Shown here piece by piece: positions 1 through 8,719 of a stretch of 64,000 nt of DNA. This DNA is from a virus (Duplodnaviria; Caudoviricetes). The stretch lies in IMG/VR virus record IMGVR_UViG_3300012344_000020, positions 25,414 through 89,413 of that record; one strand, 5' to 3'. A model generated the notes under the pieces. That model saw only the letters and a list, made by a program, of their open reading frames with translations, was not told the DNA's origin and did no database searches. Every line of letters starts with the position of its first letter. The stretch's first letter is position 1. Position numbers and translations under genes: made by a program.

Positions 1-2
1 CC

Positions 3-269
3 AAGGACTCCGACAATGCAGAGATAAGCCAGGCGTGCGAGAAGATAGACGCCATCTTCCACCGGGTGAGCAGGGCAGAGTTGGCTCTTGCCAAGGCAGA
101 GGACAGAAAAGTTTCCGAGAAATACCTGAAGCGTATGGCAGTACGCATCACACGCAGTGTAATGAAGGGTATAAAAGGTGTCGATGTTTCCGATATCACT
201 TCCGACATCAAGCGCCGCAAGGACGGTACTTATCTGGTAAGTATCACAATAGCCTCCGATCATGAGTAA
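3..269 (+). CDS. hypothetical protein, 5'-partial
   Basis: Frame is open from position 3 to TAA at 269, overlapping the next ATG at 262. Confidence 0.6.
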   Translation, partial: KDSDNAEISQACEKIDAIFHRVSRAELALAKAEDRKVSEKYLKRMAVRITRSVMKGIKGVDVSDITSDIKRRKDGTYLVSITIASDHE

Positions 270-888
270 GGGAATGTATATACCTCGTGAGGGCGACATC
301 GTGGCTTGGAACAACGAGAGCAAGTGTACCAGCATCGCCGTCATGATGAACGAGGATGAGTTTAGCGTCTGTCTGAATTTCCGCGGTCGCAAGGACGAGG
401 AGAGTCGTATCTGGGAGTGGGACAACGTTCCTACAGACAAAACTCTCCGTCGCGCCGACAAACTGGAGATGGCTTGGCTTTTTGCCGAGCTCATCGCCCA
501 GGGATATGAGTTCAGGGCTGAGGACGGCAAGGTAACGGTGAACATCTGTCCTGAAGAAAACGACGGAGACAATGAACCGGAGCAGGAGCCCGAAGTGCAG
601 GTGCGCTGTGTGTTCCTTTCGCGCAACGACCGCTTCGCCAAGTATATCTACGAACTTGCCAAACTCTATCAGCAGCAAGGCTCGTTCCGCAACATGTCGG
701 AACTGGCACGCCGAAACAATATCACGTCCATCAAGAAGGAGACATGCTTCCGTATCGGACTGCCCAATCTCCTTTCTCCCGAATGGCTCACGTCATCATC
801 CGGCATTAAGTTTTGCAATGAATTGTACGAATATGCCCTGCACCACACGCAGCGTTTGCCGTTGATACCTCAATCCGCAAGAAAATGA
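262..888 (+). CDS. hypothetical protein (208 aa)
   Basis: ORF coupled to both neighbours; ATGA overlap at 885-888. Confidence 0.75.
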   Translation: MSKGMYIPREGDIVAWNNESKCTSIAVMMNEDEFSVCLNFRGRKDEESRIWEWDNVPTDKTLRRADKLEMAWLFAELIAQGYEFRAEDGKVTVNICPEENDGDNEPEQEPEVQVRCVFLSRNDRFAKYIYELAKLYQQQGSFRNMSELARRNNITSIKKETCFRIGLPNLLSPEWLTSSSGIKFCNELYEYALHHTQRLPLIPQSARK

Positions 889-1961
889 AACTAAACCTAA
901 GTACACCACCGCAACAAGTCATCGACACTCTCGTAAGGGAGTGGCCGATGGCTTCGGCAGCCTACGTTCAGCATCATGGGGGAATGAAGGCTTACGACCG
1001 CAAGCAGGATGAGTTCCTGCAAAACGCCTTGCGCACAGAGAAGAGCAGCGTGCATGACGATTTCTACATGGAAATGCCCGATGGCAACAAGTGGTGTGTA
1101 TTCGAGCACACCGTCTTCGACCACGGCTATGTACATACCTGCCACTATGCTTTTTGCTATTGGCTCACTCAGCCCTACGGAGGAATATTCTTCAAGATGA
1201 ATCAGCCGGTAGCAGGAGAGAAGGACATGAAGCCGGGTTTCGTCTGTTACGACAGCCACTTCTTCGAGCGGCTCTGCGAGCGCGGCATCTATCAATGGAA
1301 TGGGCTAAAAACCTTCATACAGTTCATTGCCGACAATCACGCCAATACTATTTATTGTACCGACCGTGATAACAACAAATGGGATATTCGCATCAGTCAT
1401 GCCATCGGTCGCGGTTTCCAGCACAAGGATTGTCCTACGGCATATTACATCAAGACCGTCCTCGATGACGAGCAATTAACACGCTCGCAACGGCAGGCGA
1501 CATCTGTGGGCAGGCGCACCGGCGATTCCATCAACAAGTACATCTCTCTTCCGCTTGCGGATATGTTCCAGCGGTTGCAGGCTAAGATGATGGCAGCGAA
1601 AGCCAATGGCACACTTGAGGATTTCCGTAGTGAGTATATCCGCGACATCGCCCACATGCTGCATATCTCGCAAGAGGAAGCGCAATATCTGAACGGCGTG
1701 TACGAGCTTATCCTCGGTGTCATCCTTGAGATAAAGCCTTCGGTCAATCCTTACATAAATCGGGATTTGCCCATGCAGTGTTTCTGCAAGGCGATAAACC
1801 TTCTTAACCGTTGGAAGGATGCGCAGTCTGACGATGGAGGCAAGCTCGATTTGGTGAATGGCATTTGCGCCGTAAACAAGCAGCAGTCGTTGCGTATCAG
1901 CAAAGGTGCTATCATACGGGCAATAAATGACAGATTAAAAAGAGCAGAAAATGAGTTTTAA
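885..1961 (+). CDS. hypothetical protein (358 aa)
   Basis: Long ORF overlapping both neighbours; no recognised motif. Confidence 0.8.
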   Translation: MKLNLSTPPQQVIDTLVREWPMASAAYVQHHGGMKAYDRKQDEFLQNALRTEKSSVHDDFYMEMPDGNKWCVFEHTVFDHGYVHTCHYAFCYWLTQPYGGIFFKMNQPVAGEKDMKPGFVCYDSHFFERLCERGIYQWNGLKTFIQFIADNHANTIYCTDRDNNKWDIRISHAIGRGFQHKDCPTAYYIKTVLDDEQLTRSQRQATSVGRRTGDSINKYISLPLADMFQRLQAKMMAAKANGTLEDFRSEYIRDIAHMLHISQEEAQYLNGVYELILGVILEIKPSVNPYINRDLPMQCFCKAINLLNRWKDAQSDDGGKLDLVNGICAVNKQQSLRISKGAIIRAINDRLKRAENEF

Positions 1962-2670
1962 CAATACCCGTACATTCCGCAAGCCCACGGAGAAAGCGAA
2001 GTGGCAGGTGCCGACGCGACCGCACAACGGCACCGGACCTATGGAGTATTACCTGGAGGGAGAACTGAAGGAGAAGTTCTGCAAACTGTTTCCCATTCAT
2101 TCCAACCGCAGGATATGCACATGGTTCGGTCTGTCTTTTTCCACTTGCCACCGTTTTGCCCGTGAGTTGGGGTTGCAGAAGGACATGAAGGCTATCTGTC
2201 GTGAGCATGCACGGGACATCAAGAAGACTTGTGAGAAGAACGGCTATTACGATTCCATCCGTGGTAAACGACCGTCGGACGCTTGCCTCGAAGCCACACG
2301 CCGACTCCGTGCAGAGGGTTTCCATCCTTTAAAGCAACTGAAGAAGAAGAATCCTCGCAAATACAAAAAGGTGATGGCAAAACGTGGCGAACGCCATAAG
2401 GAGCTTTGGGAAAGTGAGAAGCGGCGTGCGCTCTATGGCTTGGAACAGAAAACCAACCTCCGTATCAATCTCAACAAATTGAGCAGTACGGCAGGGTCAC
2501 AGAAGCATCAGATGATAAAGAAGCGCAACTACTTCGCCGATCCCGACCACACGTCCTGGGTATGCTACGACAGCCAGACCGACCGTTCGCCACGAATGGA
2601 GGCTACTGCCATCAAACACGGACTGCGGATAGTGCAGGGCAACGATGTGGACGAGACAACAAATGATTAA
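1951..2670 (+). CDS. basic protein with probable HTH segment
   Basis: ICTWFGLSFSTCHRFARELGL resembles an HTH; K/R-rich. Confidence 0.65.
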   Translation: MSFNNTRTFRKPTEKAKWQVPTRPHNGTGPMEYYLEGELKEKFCKLFPIHSNRRICTWFGLSFSTCHRFARELGLQKDMKAICREHARDIKKTCEKNGYYDSIRGKRPSDACLEATRRLRAEGFHPLKQLKKKNPRKYKKVMAKRGERHKELWESEKRRALYGLEQKTNLRINLNKLSSTAGSQKHQMIKKRNYFADPDHTSWVCYDSQTDRSPRMEATAIKHGLRIVQGNDVDETTND

Positions 2671-2920
2671 AATTTTAAGCAGTGATATGAACGCACATAC
2701 CCCACCAACCTGCGCTCGCTGTGTGTCGTATGACCACAACGGGTGTACCTGCCGAGAGCAAAGCTCGGAGATGTATCAGCACGACCTCTCACCCTTTCAT
2801 GTGGCGTGTCCTAAATATCTCTCCGTGTCGTATGTCTACGGCAAGGCTCCGAAACGCAAGAAGTGGCACAAGGTGAAGACGATGGACGACATCGAGACTC
2901 CCGGTGCACGCTTCTATTAA
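2663..2920 (+). CDS. small Cys-rich (putative Zn-binding) protein
   Basis: CARC..GCTC..C pattern; ATG at 2663 overlaps the upstream stop. Confidence 0.6.
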   Translation: MIKILSSDMNAHTPPTCARCVSYDHNGCTCREQSSEMYQHDLSPFHVACPKYLSVSYVYGKAPKRKKWHKVKTMDDIETPGARFY

Positions 2921-2958
2921 CAATGGAAATAAAGGCATTATATGATGCGTATGAAACG

Positions 2959-3140
2959 AACATCGGAAGCAACAGAAATGACGGAAGATTTCTTAAACAT
3001 CAAAAGGAACAAAAGAAGCAAAAAGTTCCGTTCATTCCGTTCATTCCGATGTTAAAGAAATATCATGGCACACGCTTTTCGTTTCTTTTGATGTAAACAT
3101 CCCGATGCGAAAAGGTTCGTTTCATTCGCGTTATTCGATG
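2959..3140. repeat. AT-rich palindromic element (dispersed family)
   Basis: AACATCGGAA (2959-2968) and TTCCGATGTT (3044-3053) form a perfect inverted pair; 9-bp TTCCGTTCA/TTCGTTTCA units; second partial copy up to about 3140. Confidence 0.7.
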
Positions 3141-3156
3141 ACAATAAAAAACAATA

Positions 3157-3762
3157 ATGATTATGCAGAAAGAAAAGAAAACAACTCCTCAGATGGCTAT
3201 TGCAGCTTTCGAGCAGTCCTGCAATGAACTTGCCCGTCAGGTGAACCACCGCTTGTTTGACGACACGCGCTCATGGTACTGGATAGGCAACGAGATAGGC
3301 GGCTCCTGCGACTTTGATGATGCCGACATCCTCACACCCGAGGAAATGGTCATCATCCTCCAGACGCCCCACTTCACCTACAACGATTATGCCGAGTGGC
3401 GCGATGCCAACATCGAGTATGGCGACACCAAAGGCTACATCAACCTGCGGTCGTGGATCATAGGTTGCCGACACTTTATGCTGGCGGACAAAGCGAAGAA
3501 AGAAACTATGATAGAGCCGTCAGAACTACGAAAAAAGAGCATGGAAGCCTTCGATAATAAATGTCGTGCTTCACTTGAGAAGATACAGCCCGCGCTGCAA
3601 AAGACTGCTGAAAGCGGAAAAACGGAGCTCACTATTTCCGATGTGAAAAAGCATTATCCTGATGTGGAAGATTTGTGTGTAGCATTACAGATGCACGGTT
3701 TCAGAACATTCTATTCAGAGTTTTTCGATAGTTTGACCGTTTATTGGTGTTTTCGCAAATGA
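3157..3762 (+). CDS. hypothetical protein (201 aa)
   Basis: ORF with A-rich leader; its TGA overlaps the ATG at 3759. Confidence 0.75.
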   Translation: MIMQKEKKTTPQMAIAAFEQSCNELARQVNHRLFDDTRSWYWIGNEIGGSCDFDDADILTPEEMVIILQTPHFTYNDYAEWRDANIEYGDTKGYINLRSWIIGCRHFMLADKAKKETMIEPSELRKKSMEAFDNKCRASLEKIQPALQKTAESGKTELTISDVKKHYPDVEDLCVALQMHGFRTFYSEFFDSLTVYWCFRK

Positions 3763-3890
3763 CCACTTACCAACTCTCCGTGCATCCCTTGAGCCATAAG
3801 GTAGAGTGGGGAGGGTGGAAGCCTGTCGCTCCTGCCCTCCGTGCCACCGACTACAAGCGTCCGCACTGTGTCCTTATAACGTATGATTAA
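3759..3890 (+). CDS. mini-ORF A, 43 aa, C5-MTase variable-region-like module
   Basis: MTTYQ...APALRATDYKRPHCVLITYD*; ATGA-coupled upstream; TATGATTAA junction downstream. Below the ORF-track size cutoff. Confidence 0.65.
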   Translation: MTTYQLSVHPLSHKVEWGGWKPVAPALRATDYKRPHCVLITYD

Positions 3891-4029
3891 ACTCTTACCT
3901 TTGAACGTGGATAAAGACCACACCGCCCCGACGGTGCTTGCCGGATATTTCAAGTTCGGCTCGCGCACTTTGTTGCTCGGCAACTACGGCACTACTGGGG
4001 GGGGGGGAATCTGTATTGAATATGATTAA
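3883..4029 (+). CDS. mini-ORF B, 48 aa, G11 tract in frame
   Basis: MIKLLPLNVDKDHTAPTVLAGYFKFG...TTGGGGICIEYD*; G11 at 3997-4007. Confidence 0.65.
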   Translation: MIKLLPLNVDKDHTAPTVLAGYFKFGSRTLLLGNYGTTGGGGICIEYD

Positions 4030-4169
4030 GATAAACTACCACATTCCTCTCGTAGGGGGGGGTACTATCGCAAGTGACCGATGCCTTCAACCGAGGGCCG
4101 CTTTGGCACGTTAGCCGATGTGTGAGGAGCAACGTGCATGATGCAGGAGCGCTCATCTGTTACGAATAA
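4022..4169 (+). pseudogene. mini-ORF C, frameshifted at G8
   Basis: 148 nt; G8 at 4055-4062. G7 or G10 would give ...SRCVRSNVHDAGALICYE*, matching the sibling C-termini. Confidence 0.55.
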
Positions 4170-4184
4170 CAAAAAAGACAAACA

Positions 4185-5560
4185 ATGATAACAAAATTCA
4201 ACTTCAACGACCGCACCATCAAGAGCTATGCCATACGCAAGCTCACGCCAAAGGAGTGTTTCCGGCTGATGGGTGTGCGCGACGATACCATCCGCACGAT
4301 GCAGACCACCGTGGCGGAAATGAAAGAGCGCCGTGGGCAAGCCGACAATGGCGGCAAGCAAAAAGATGCCGACATGGTAATCTCAGCCAGTCAGCAGTAC
4401 AAGCAGGCGGGCAACTCTATTGTGGTGGATGTACTCAAGGCCATCTATGCACAGTTGTGGTACCCCAAGGAGCCGAAGCCGAAGGCGCAGCTCTCCATGT
4501 TTGACGATTTCTTTCCCGAGGATGCGCTGCCGCAGATGCCGGTGGATGCTAACCATGGCGAGAAGGTCATCATCACCACTTTCAGCGGCTACGACTCGCA
4601 GCTCATGGCTGCCGACGCCTTAAAGGAGGAACATCCCGATTTCCGCTGGACGTGTATAGGGCGGAGCGACATCGACAAGTATGCCTGCCAGATGCACGAC
4701 CTCGTGTTTCCGCAATATGCCGACCGCGCCCTTGGCGACATCACCAAGATAGACTGGCACAGCGTGAAGCAGTCGCTCGAAGGTCGCGAGGTAGACCTCT
4801 TCACCTATTCCTCGCCCTGTCAGGACATCAGTCAGGCGGGCAAGCAGATGGGACTGAAGGAAGGCTCCGACACCCGAAGCGCATTGCTCTTCGGCGTGTG
4901 GCGGATGCCATTGATGTATTGCGACCCAAGTATCTGTTGCAGGAGAATGTGGCGGCACTGGTGAGCGAGAAGTTTATGCCCGACTTTCAGAAGTGGCTCG
5001 CCAAACTCGAAAGTCTGGGATATGTGAACCGCTGGGCACGGCTCAATGCCAAGGACTACGGTGTGCCGCAAAACCGCGACCGCGTGTTCTGCCTCTCCAT
5101 GCGCCGTGATGTGGCTTTCGACTATCAGTTTCCCGAAGGCTTCCCTTTGCAGACCAGGTTGGAGGATGTGCTTGAAGAGGAAGTGACAGAAAGGTTTTTC
5201 CTCAAAGACAATGCCGTGGAGAAATTCCTTAAAGCCAACGACACCGACAAGGCTCTCTTCATGCAGTTCGACCTTCCGCCTACACACGATGCGGCAATGT
5301 TCCTCAAGACGTGGCTCCAGATGTGGATGCGTGGTGATTATGGCTTTGATGATTCTTGTTATGAAGAAGAATGGTTTGAAGAAAACGGATATACGTATTG
5401 GGATTTAACGCCATCGGAACTTCAAGAAACATTAGAAAATATCAAGGAAGATTTGTGCCAAGCGCATTTGGCGTTTAGCAATAAAGAACTGATGGATGAA
5501 GAGTTTTCCTTGTTGTTCCAAGAAAACATGAAACGCCGTCCGAAAGATGAAAACCGATAA
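4185..5560 (+). pseudogene. circularly permuted C5-cytosine DNA methyltransferase, frameshifted near 4890
   Basis: N-terminal IRKLTPKECFRLMG and QYKQAGNSIVVDVL (motifs IX/X), then TFSGYDSQ (I) and YSSPCQD (IV) in frame 4185..4964. RPKYLLQENV (VI) and QNRDRVF (VIII) lie in frame 4652..5560. Confidence 0.85.
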
Positions 5561-5716
5561 TCCGCCAGAAAGGGTAATCCGCCCCATCGTTCTCGGCCAA
5601 TACTCGCCCTCGCAGAACGGCATCATCGTGTCGCCGCACGGCATAGCCCTCTGCATAAGTGGGGGGGTAGAGGACACGATGTGGATAAACCAAAGATATT
5701 GATTGAGTATGACTAA
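5547..5716 (+). pseudogene. mini-ORF D, frameshifted at G7
   Basis: 170 nt; G7 at 5661-5667. G8 gives ...GIIVSPHGIALCISGGGRGHDVDKPKILIEYD*. Confidence 0.6.
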
Positions 5717-6026
5717 AACGCCCACCTATAAGCGCGGCACGTTCACCAGAAACGGAAAGACCTACGGCATATATCCCGATGGTTCTACCTACAGGATATA
5801 TGCCGATAACAACATCCCTTTCCTTCAGATAGTGGATGTCGGAGGCAGCACGTTCCTCCGTGTGCGCCAGGCTACGGAGCAAGGCTATGCCGACTGTCCC
5901 GTCTTCGGTGTGTGCGACATCAGCTATCCCTCGTCAGCCTTGCGCAGGGCGAGAACGGTAGATGGTGGCCGGCTGGCCAACGCCCTGACGTGCGGGCAGC
6001 AGTTGGCGGTGTTTGTAGAATTATAA
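5709..6026 (+). CDS. module E, 105 aa, MTase insertion-like domain
   Basis: LRVRQATEQGY...DISYPSSALRRAR...ANALTC resembles the IRQATxKGY...YPxSxTRRGRV segment of large phage C5-MTases. Confidence 0.7.
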   Translation: MTKTPTYKRGTFTRNGKTYGIYPDGSTYRIYADNNIPFLQIVDVGGSTFLRVRQATEQGYADCPVFGVCDISYPSSALRRARTVDGGRLANALTCGQQLAVFVEL

Positions 6027-6032
6027 AGAATT

Positions 6033-6163
6033 ATGACGAAATATCTGTTTTACCAATGTCCAAGAGGTGAAAATCGGGGGGTATTCTCTCGCAGAGCATC
6101 TGTCCTACCATCACCATTTGCAGTTGGGCGTGTAATTGTTTTTTGATAAAAGAGTATGACTAA
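6033..6163 (+). pseudogene. mini-ORF F, frameshifted at G6
   Basis: 131 nt; G6 at 6076-6081. G7 gives FYQCPRGENRGGILSQSICPTITICSWACNCFLIKEYD*. Confidence 0.55.
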
Positions 6164-6308
6164 ACAAATTCCATTCGTGCAACGCTCGGCATGTCTGAGT
6201 ATTCGGGGGGGGTACTCCACGGCAATCTCCTCTCGCTACGACGGTTGGGCAGGCTTGTTTGGCAAGAACCACGGGCAGCACACTATGGTGCTGGTGGCGT
6301 ATGAGTAG
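6156..6308 (+). CDS. mini-ORF G, 50 aa, G8 in frame
   Basis: MTKQIPF...SIRGGYSTAISSRYDGWAG...MVLVAYE*; G8 at 6205-6212. Confidence 0.6.
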   Translation: MTKQIPFVQRSACLSIRGGYSTAISSRYDGWAGLFGKNHGQHTMVLVAYE

Positions 6309-6486
6309 GCACAGAGCGGTGCTTGTGCATTACCGCACGGAGGAAGCGAAAGCCTACCGCCGCGAGCATGGCGACCGTGGCGGATGCCGGTATCAAGACA
6401 AGCTGCACCGTATGAACCCGCAGCCGTGGAGCAACACAGTGAGTACAGTAACGAAAGACAACCTGTTATGCGAAGAATATACATAG
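6301..6486 (+). CDS. mini-ORF H, 61 aa
   Basis: RTEEAKAYRREHGD...SNTVSTVTKDNLL, an MTase variable-region-like motif; coupled start. Confidence 0.65.
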   Translation: MSRHRAVLVHYRTEEAKAYRREHGDRGGCRYQDKLHRMNPQPWSNTVSTVTKDNLLCEEYT

Positions 6487-6639
6487 CCGCTTCTCGCGGT
6501 CGCGACCCGCTGAATCCTACCGACCGCAAACACTCGGTGAAAGGACGCAGTGAGCAGCGGTTTTAGATTAATGGGGGGTACGAGCAACGCCCTTACCTCT
6601 GTCGGCAAAGACAACTTAGTACTGATGGCGTATGATTAA
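6468..6639 (+). pseudogene. mini-ORF I, in-frame TAG (6564-6566) plus frameshift at G6
   Basis: AASRGRDPLNPTDR...QRF*IN, then GTSNALTSVGKDNLVLMAYD* in another frame; G6 at 6573-6578 (G5 or G8 restores the frame). Confidence 0.55.
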
Positions 6640-6811
6640 GCGATATTACATCGGTTGGGTGCGCAGCGGAAAGGACGGCCACGGACTCGTCAAGAGCCGA
6701 CCGCGCAAGCATATTGCTAATGCCGTAACCGCCTCGCCACCCGGCGGCTTTGCCGACCCTCGCGACGGACTGGGCAACACTACTCCGCATGTGGTGATGG
6801 TGTTTGAGTGA
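6632..6811 (+). CDS. mini-ORF J, 59 aa
   Basis: IANAVTASPPGG...GNTTPHVVMVFE*; starts at a TATGATTAA junction. Confidence 0.6.
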   Translation: MIKRYYIGWVRSGKDGHGLVKSRPRKHIANAVTASPPGGFADPRDGLGNTTPHVVMVFE

Positions 6812-6852
6812 AGAACAACAACAGTAAAGAAACAACTAAAATTTATAGAGCA

Positions 6853-7353
6853 ATGAGTATTTACACGCAATATGAAAAGATTAAGTCGTTATGGCATCCC
6901 ATAACTGACGAGGACTTCAATATTGATTTCAGTATTCCCTTTGTCCTGTTTTCTGATGAAGGCAGTATTCTGTACTTTAATCCGAAGCGTGATAAGTTGG
7001 ATGACATTTGGGATGACATGGTTCTTTTCGAGGAAGACGGAAAGACGATGACCGAAGAATTTAAAGATCACATGCGCAGCTTTGAATTCGGTTATATGTA
7101 TCTCGATGATGAGTTTTATCGTGCGATAGACAATTTCCGACACAAACATCTGGAAGACGTAAAGGCGAAGAACGAGAGAGCCAATGTTTTCGTTCAATAT
7201 GCGAACAATGATTTCCGTGTTCTTGATGTTTTTGACTTTCGGCAGGATGGCAGTCCGTACCGGGATTGGAACACATCGGATGTGGCATATTTCGTAAACC
7301 TGGATAGTGTGCCTGCCACAAGTTTGAATGGCCTTTTTCTGCAAATGGATTAA
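6853..7353 (+). CDS. hypothetical AT-rich acidic protein
   Basis: ATG at 6853 follows the ATTTATAGAGCA leader. Confidence 0.7.
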   Translation: MSIYTQYEKIKSLWHPITDEDFNIDFSIPFVLFSDEGSILYFNPKRDKLDDIWDDMVLFEEDGKTMTEEFKDHMRSFEFGYMYLDDEFYRAIDNFRHKHLEDVKAKNERANVFVQYANNDFRVLDVFDFRQDGSPYRDWNTSDVAYFVNLDSVPATSLNGLFLQMD

Positions 7354-7379
7354 GAACAACTTAAATTTATAGAGCAATT

Positions 7380-7856
7380 ATGAAAGAAAACAAAGGACTA
7401 TACAATGCGCTCATCCGCAGACTGGGCGAGATGGTGAAAGAGAATGTGGAACTGGAGCAGCGTGTGCATCAGCTCACGGGTGAGTACAACCGTGTGGTGA
7501 AGCAGGCGAATGAGAAGTCTGTGGATTCTCTGATGAGCGAAAACGAAAGTTTGAAAAAGCTAAGCAATCAACTTCAGATAGAGCGCAACGAGGCGCGTAC
7601 CAGTGTGGCCGAATACAAACACCACGAAGCGGAACTACTCAATGCAATTAACCGACATTGCGAATCCGACATCATGAAGTGTGGTGAAACCTGTCCGAAC
7701 AAACCAGGATGTGATGTAGGCTCAAAAGATTGCTGTGCTTGTAAGCATGAATTAGGACAAAAGAAATATCTTAGCGTTTACTTTATTTTTTGCGCCTACC
7801 GCTACGACAAGCAGCAGGAGGAAGAAGCAAAGGAAAGAAATAATGAAGATGAATAG
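7380..7856 (+). CDS. coiled-coil protein with Cys-rich C-terminus
   Basis: Heptad-rich N-terminus; CGETCPNKPGCDVGSKDCCAC. Confidence 0.7.
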   Translation: MKENKGLYNALIRRLGEMVKENVELEQRVHQLTGEYNRVVKQANEKSVDSLMSENESLKKLSNQLQIERNEARTSVAEYKHHEAELLNAINRHCESDIMKCGETCPNKPGCDVGSKDCCACKHELGQKKYLSVYFIFCAYRYDKQQEEEAKERNNEDE

Positions 7857-8013
7857 CCACCTCCATACACATTGCCTCGGCATGCTCACCGTGCCGCCCT
7901 ACGACCGCAAGTTTGAGCAGTCGCGCAGAGTGTTCTCCCCGAAGGGCGTTGCGCCTACGGTGTATACCTTCGGGGGGGGCAACCTTGAGATAAAGATATT
8001 ATTGGAATTGTAA
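7843..8013 (+). CDS. mini-ORF K, 56 aa, G8 in frame
   Basis: EQSRRVFSPKGVAPTVYTFGGGNLEIKILLEL*, a classic MTase variable-region repeat; G8 at 7972-7979. Confidence 0.65.
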   Translation: MKMNSHLHTHCLGMLTVPPYDRKFEQSRRVFSPKGVAPTVYTFGGGNLEIKILLEL

Positions 8014-8042
8014 AACGAACATATAAACATTTATAGAGCAAT

Positions 8043-8444
8043 ATGGGCAAATTCGCAACGAGAAAGGTTTTGAGGGAGTTGTGCTCCCGTAACGGTCTCA
8101 CGTTGTATAGACACAGGCTTGACGGAGCGTCTTATCAGATGTGTGCAGGTGGGTATGTGGTAAACGGATATACCACACGACATCCTGCAATGGATGTACT
8201 CTATGAAATGCAGAAGAAGATGATACATTTGCTGAAGTATGGAGACAAAAACGACAGCGGACATGATGATGATATTTCTTGGCATAAAGAGAAACATGTG
8301 ATAGAACCTCTCAGCAAACCTTTGACTGGATATTGCTGCGGCAAGGTCTACACTTTGCGAAGTCCCGAAGACGATGCCGACCTGCAAGAGTATTTTGACC
8401 TTCAGGGATTATATAAAACGAATATAGAAAAATTTACAGAGTAA
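8043..8444 (+). CDS. hypothetical protein (133 aa)
   Basis: ORF after an ATTTATAGAGCAA leader. Confidence 0.7.
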   Translation: MGKFATRKVLRELCSRNGLTLYRHRLDGASYQMCAGGYVVNGYTTRHPAMDVLYEMQKKMIHLLKYGDKNDSGHDDDISWHKEKHVIEPLSKPLTGYCCGKVYTLRSPEDDADLQEYFDLQGLYKTNIEKFTE

Positions 8445-8448
8445 AACA

Positions 8449-8682
8449 ATGGAACAATTCAAACCTATCAAGCCGTGGAAGTTCTATCTTCTGTGCGGCA
8501 CACCGTTCTACCTGCTGTTGGTTCTGAAGATCACGGGCATGGTGAACTGGTCGTGGTGGCTGATAACGCTGCCCGTGTGGTTGCCCTTGGCGGTGGCTGC
8601 GCTGCTGCTGCTCATGCTCGCCCTGCTGGTGCTTTGGCCGAGAGGCAGGCGAGGGCATGTCCTTAGGGATTTATGGAAATAG
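8449..8682 (+). CDS. small phage membrane protein (LKxxGxxxWSWW family)
   Basis: LKITGMVNWSWWLITLPVW plus hydrophobic helices. Confidence 0.7.
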   Translation: MEQFKPIKPWKFYLLCGTPFYLLLVLKITGMVNWSWWLITLPVWLPLAVAALLLLMLALLVLWPRGRRGHVLRDLWK

Positions 8683-8692
8683 TGTAACTTTG
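8658..8692 (+). promoter_or_regulatory. promoter motif TGTCCT-N21-TAACTTTG
   Basis: Bacteroidetes -7 box TAnnTTTG at 8685, with TGTCCT starting exactly 27 nt upstream, as at five other sites. Confidence 0.6.
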
Positions 8693-8719
8693 CAGGTAAG
8701 GTATTCAAAGGATAAAACT

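Noticed and set aside
2863-3096. 77-aa ORF (and similar ORFs at 9800..10051 and 12000..12404)
   Set aside because: Largely translations of the palindromic or tandem repeats (FRQFRFFRCSLY repeats); not treated as genes.
6564-6566. In-frame TAG in module I suggesting TAG recoding (as in Lak or some crAss-like phages)
   Set aside because: Many genes end cleanly at TAG (portal, TMP, HU-like) and 2300-aa ORFs are intact under code 11, so this is a point mutation or an error.
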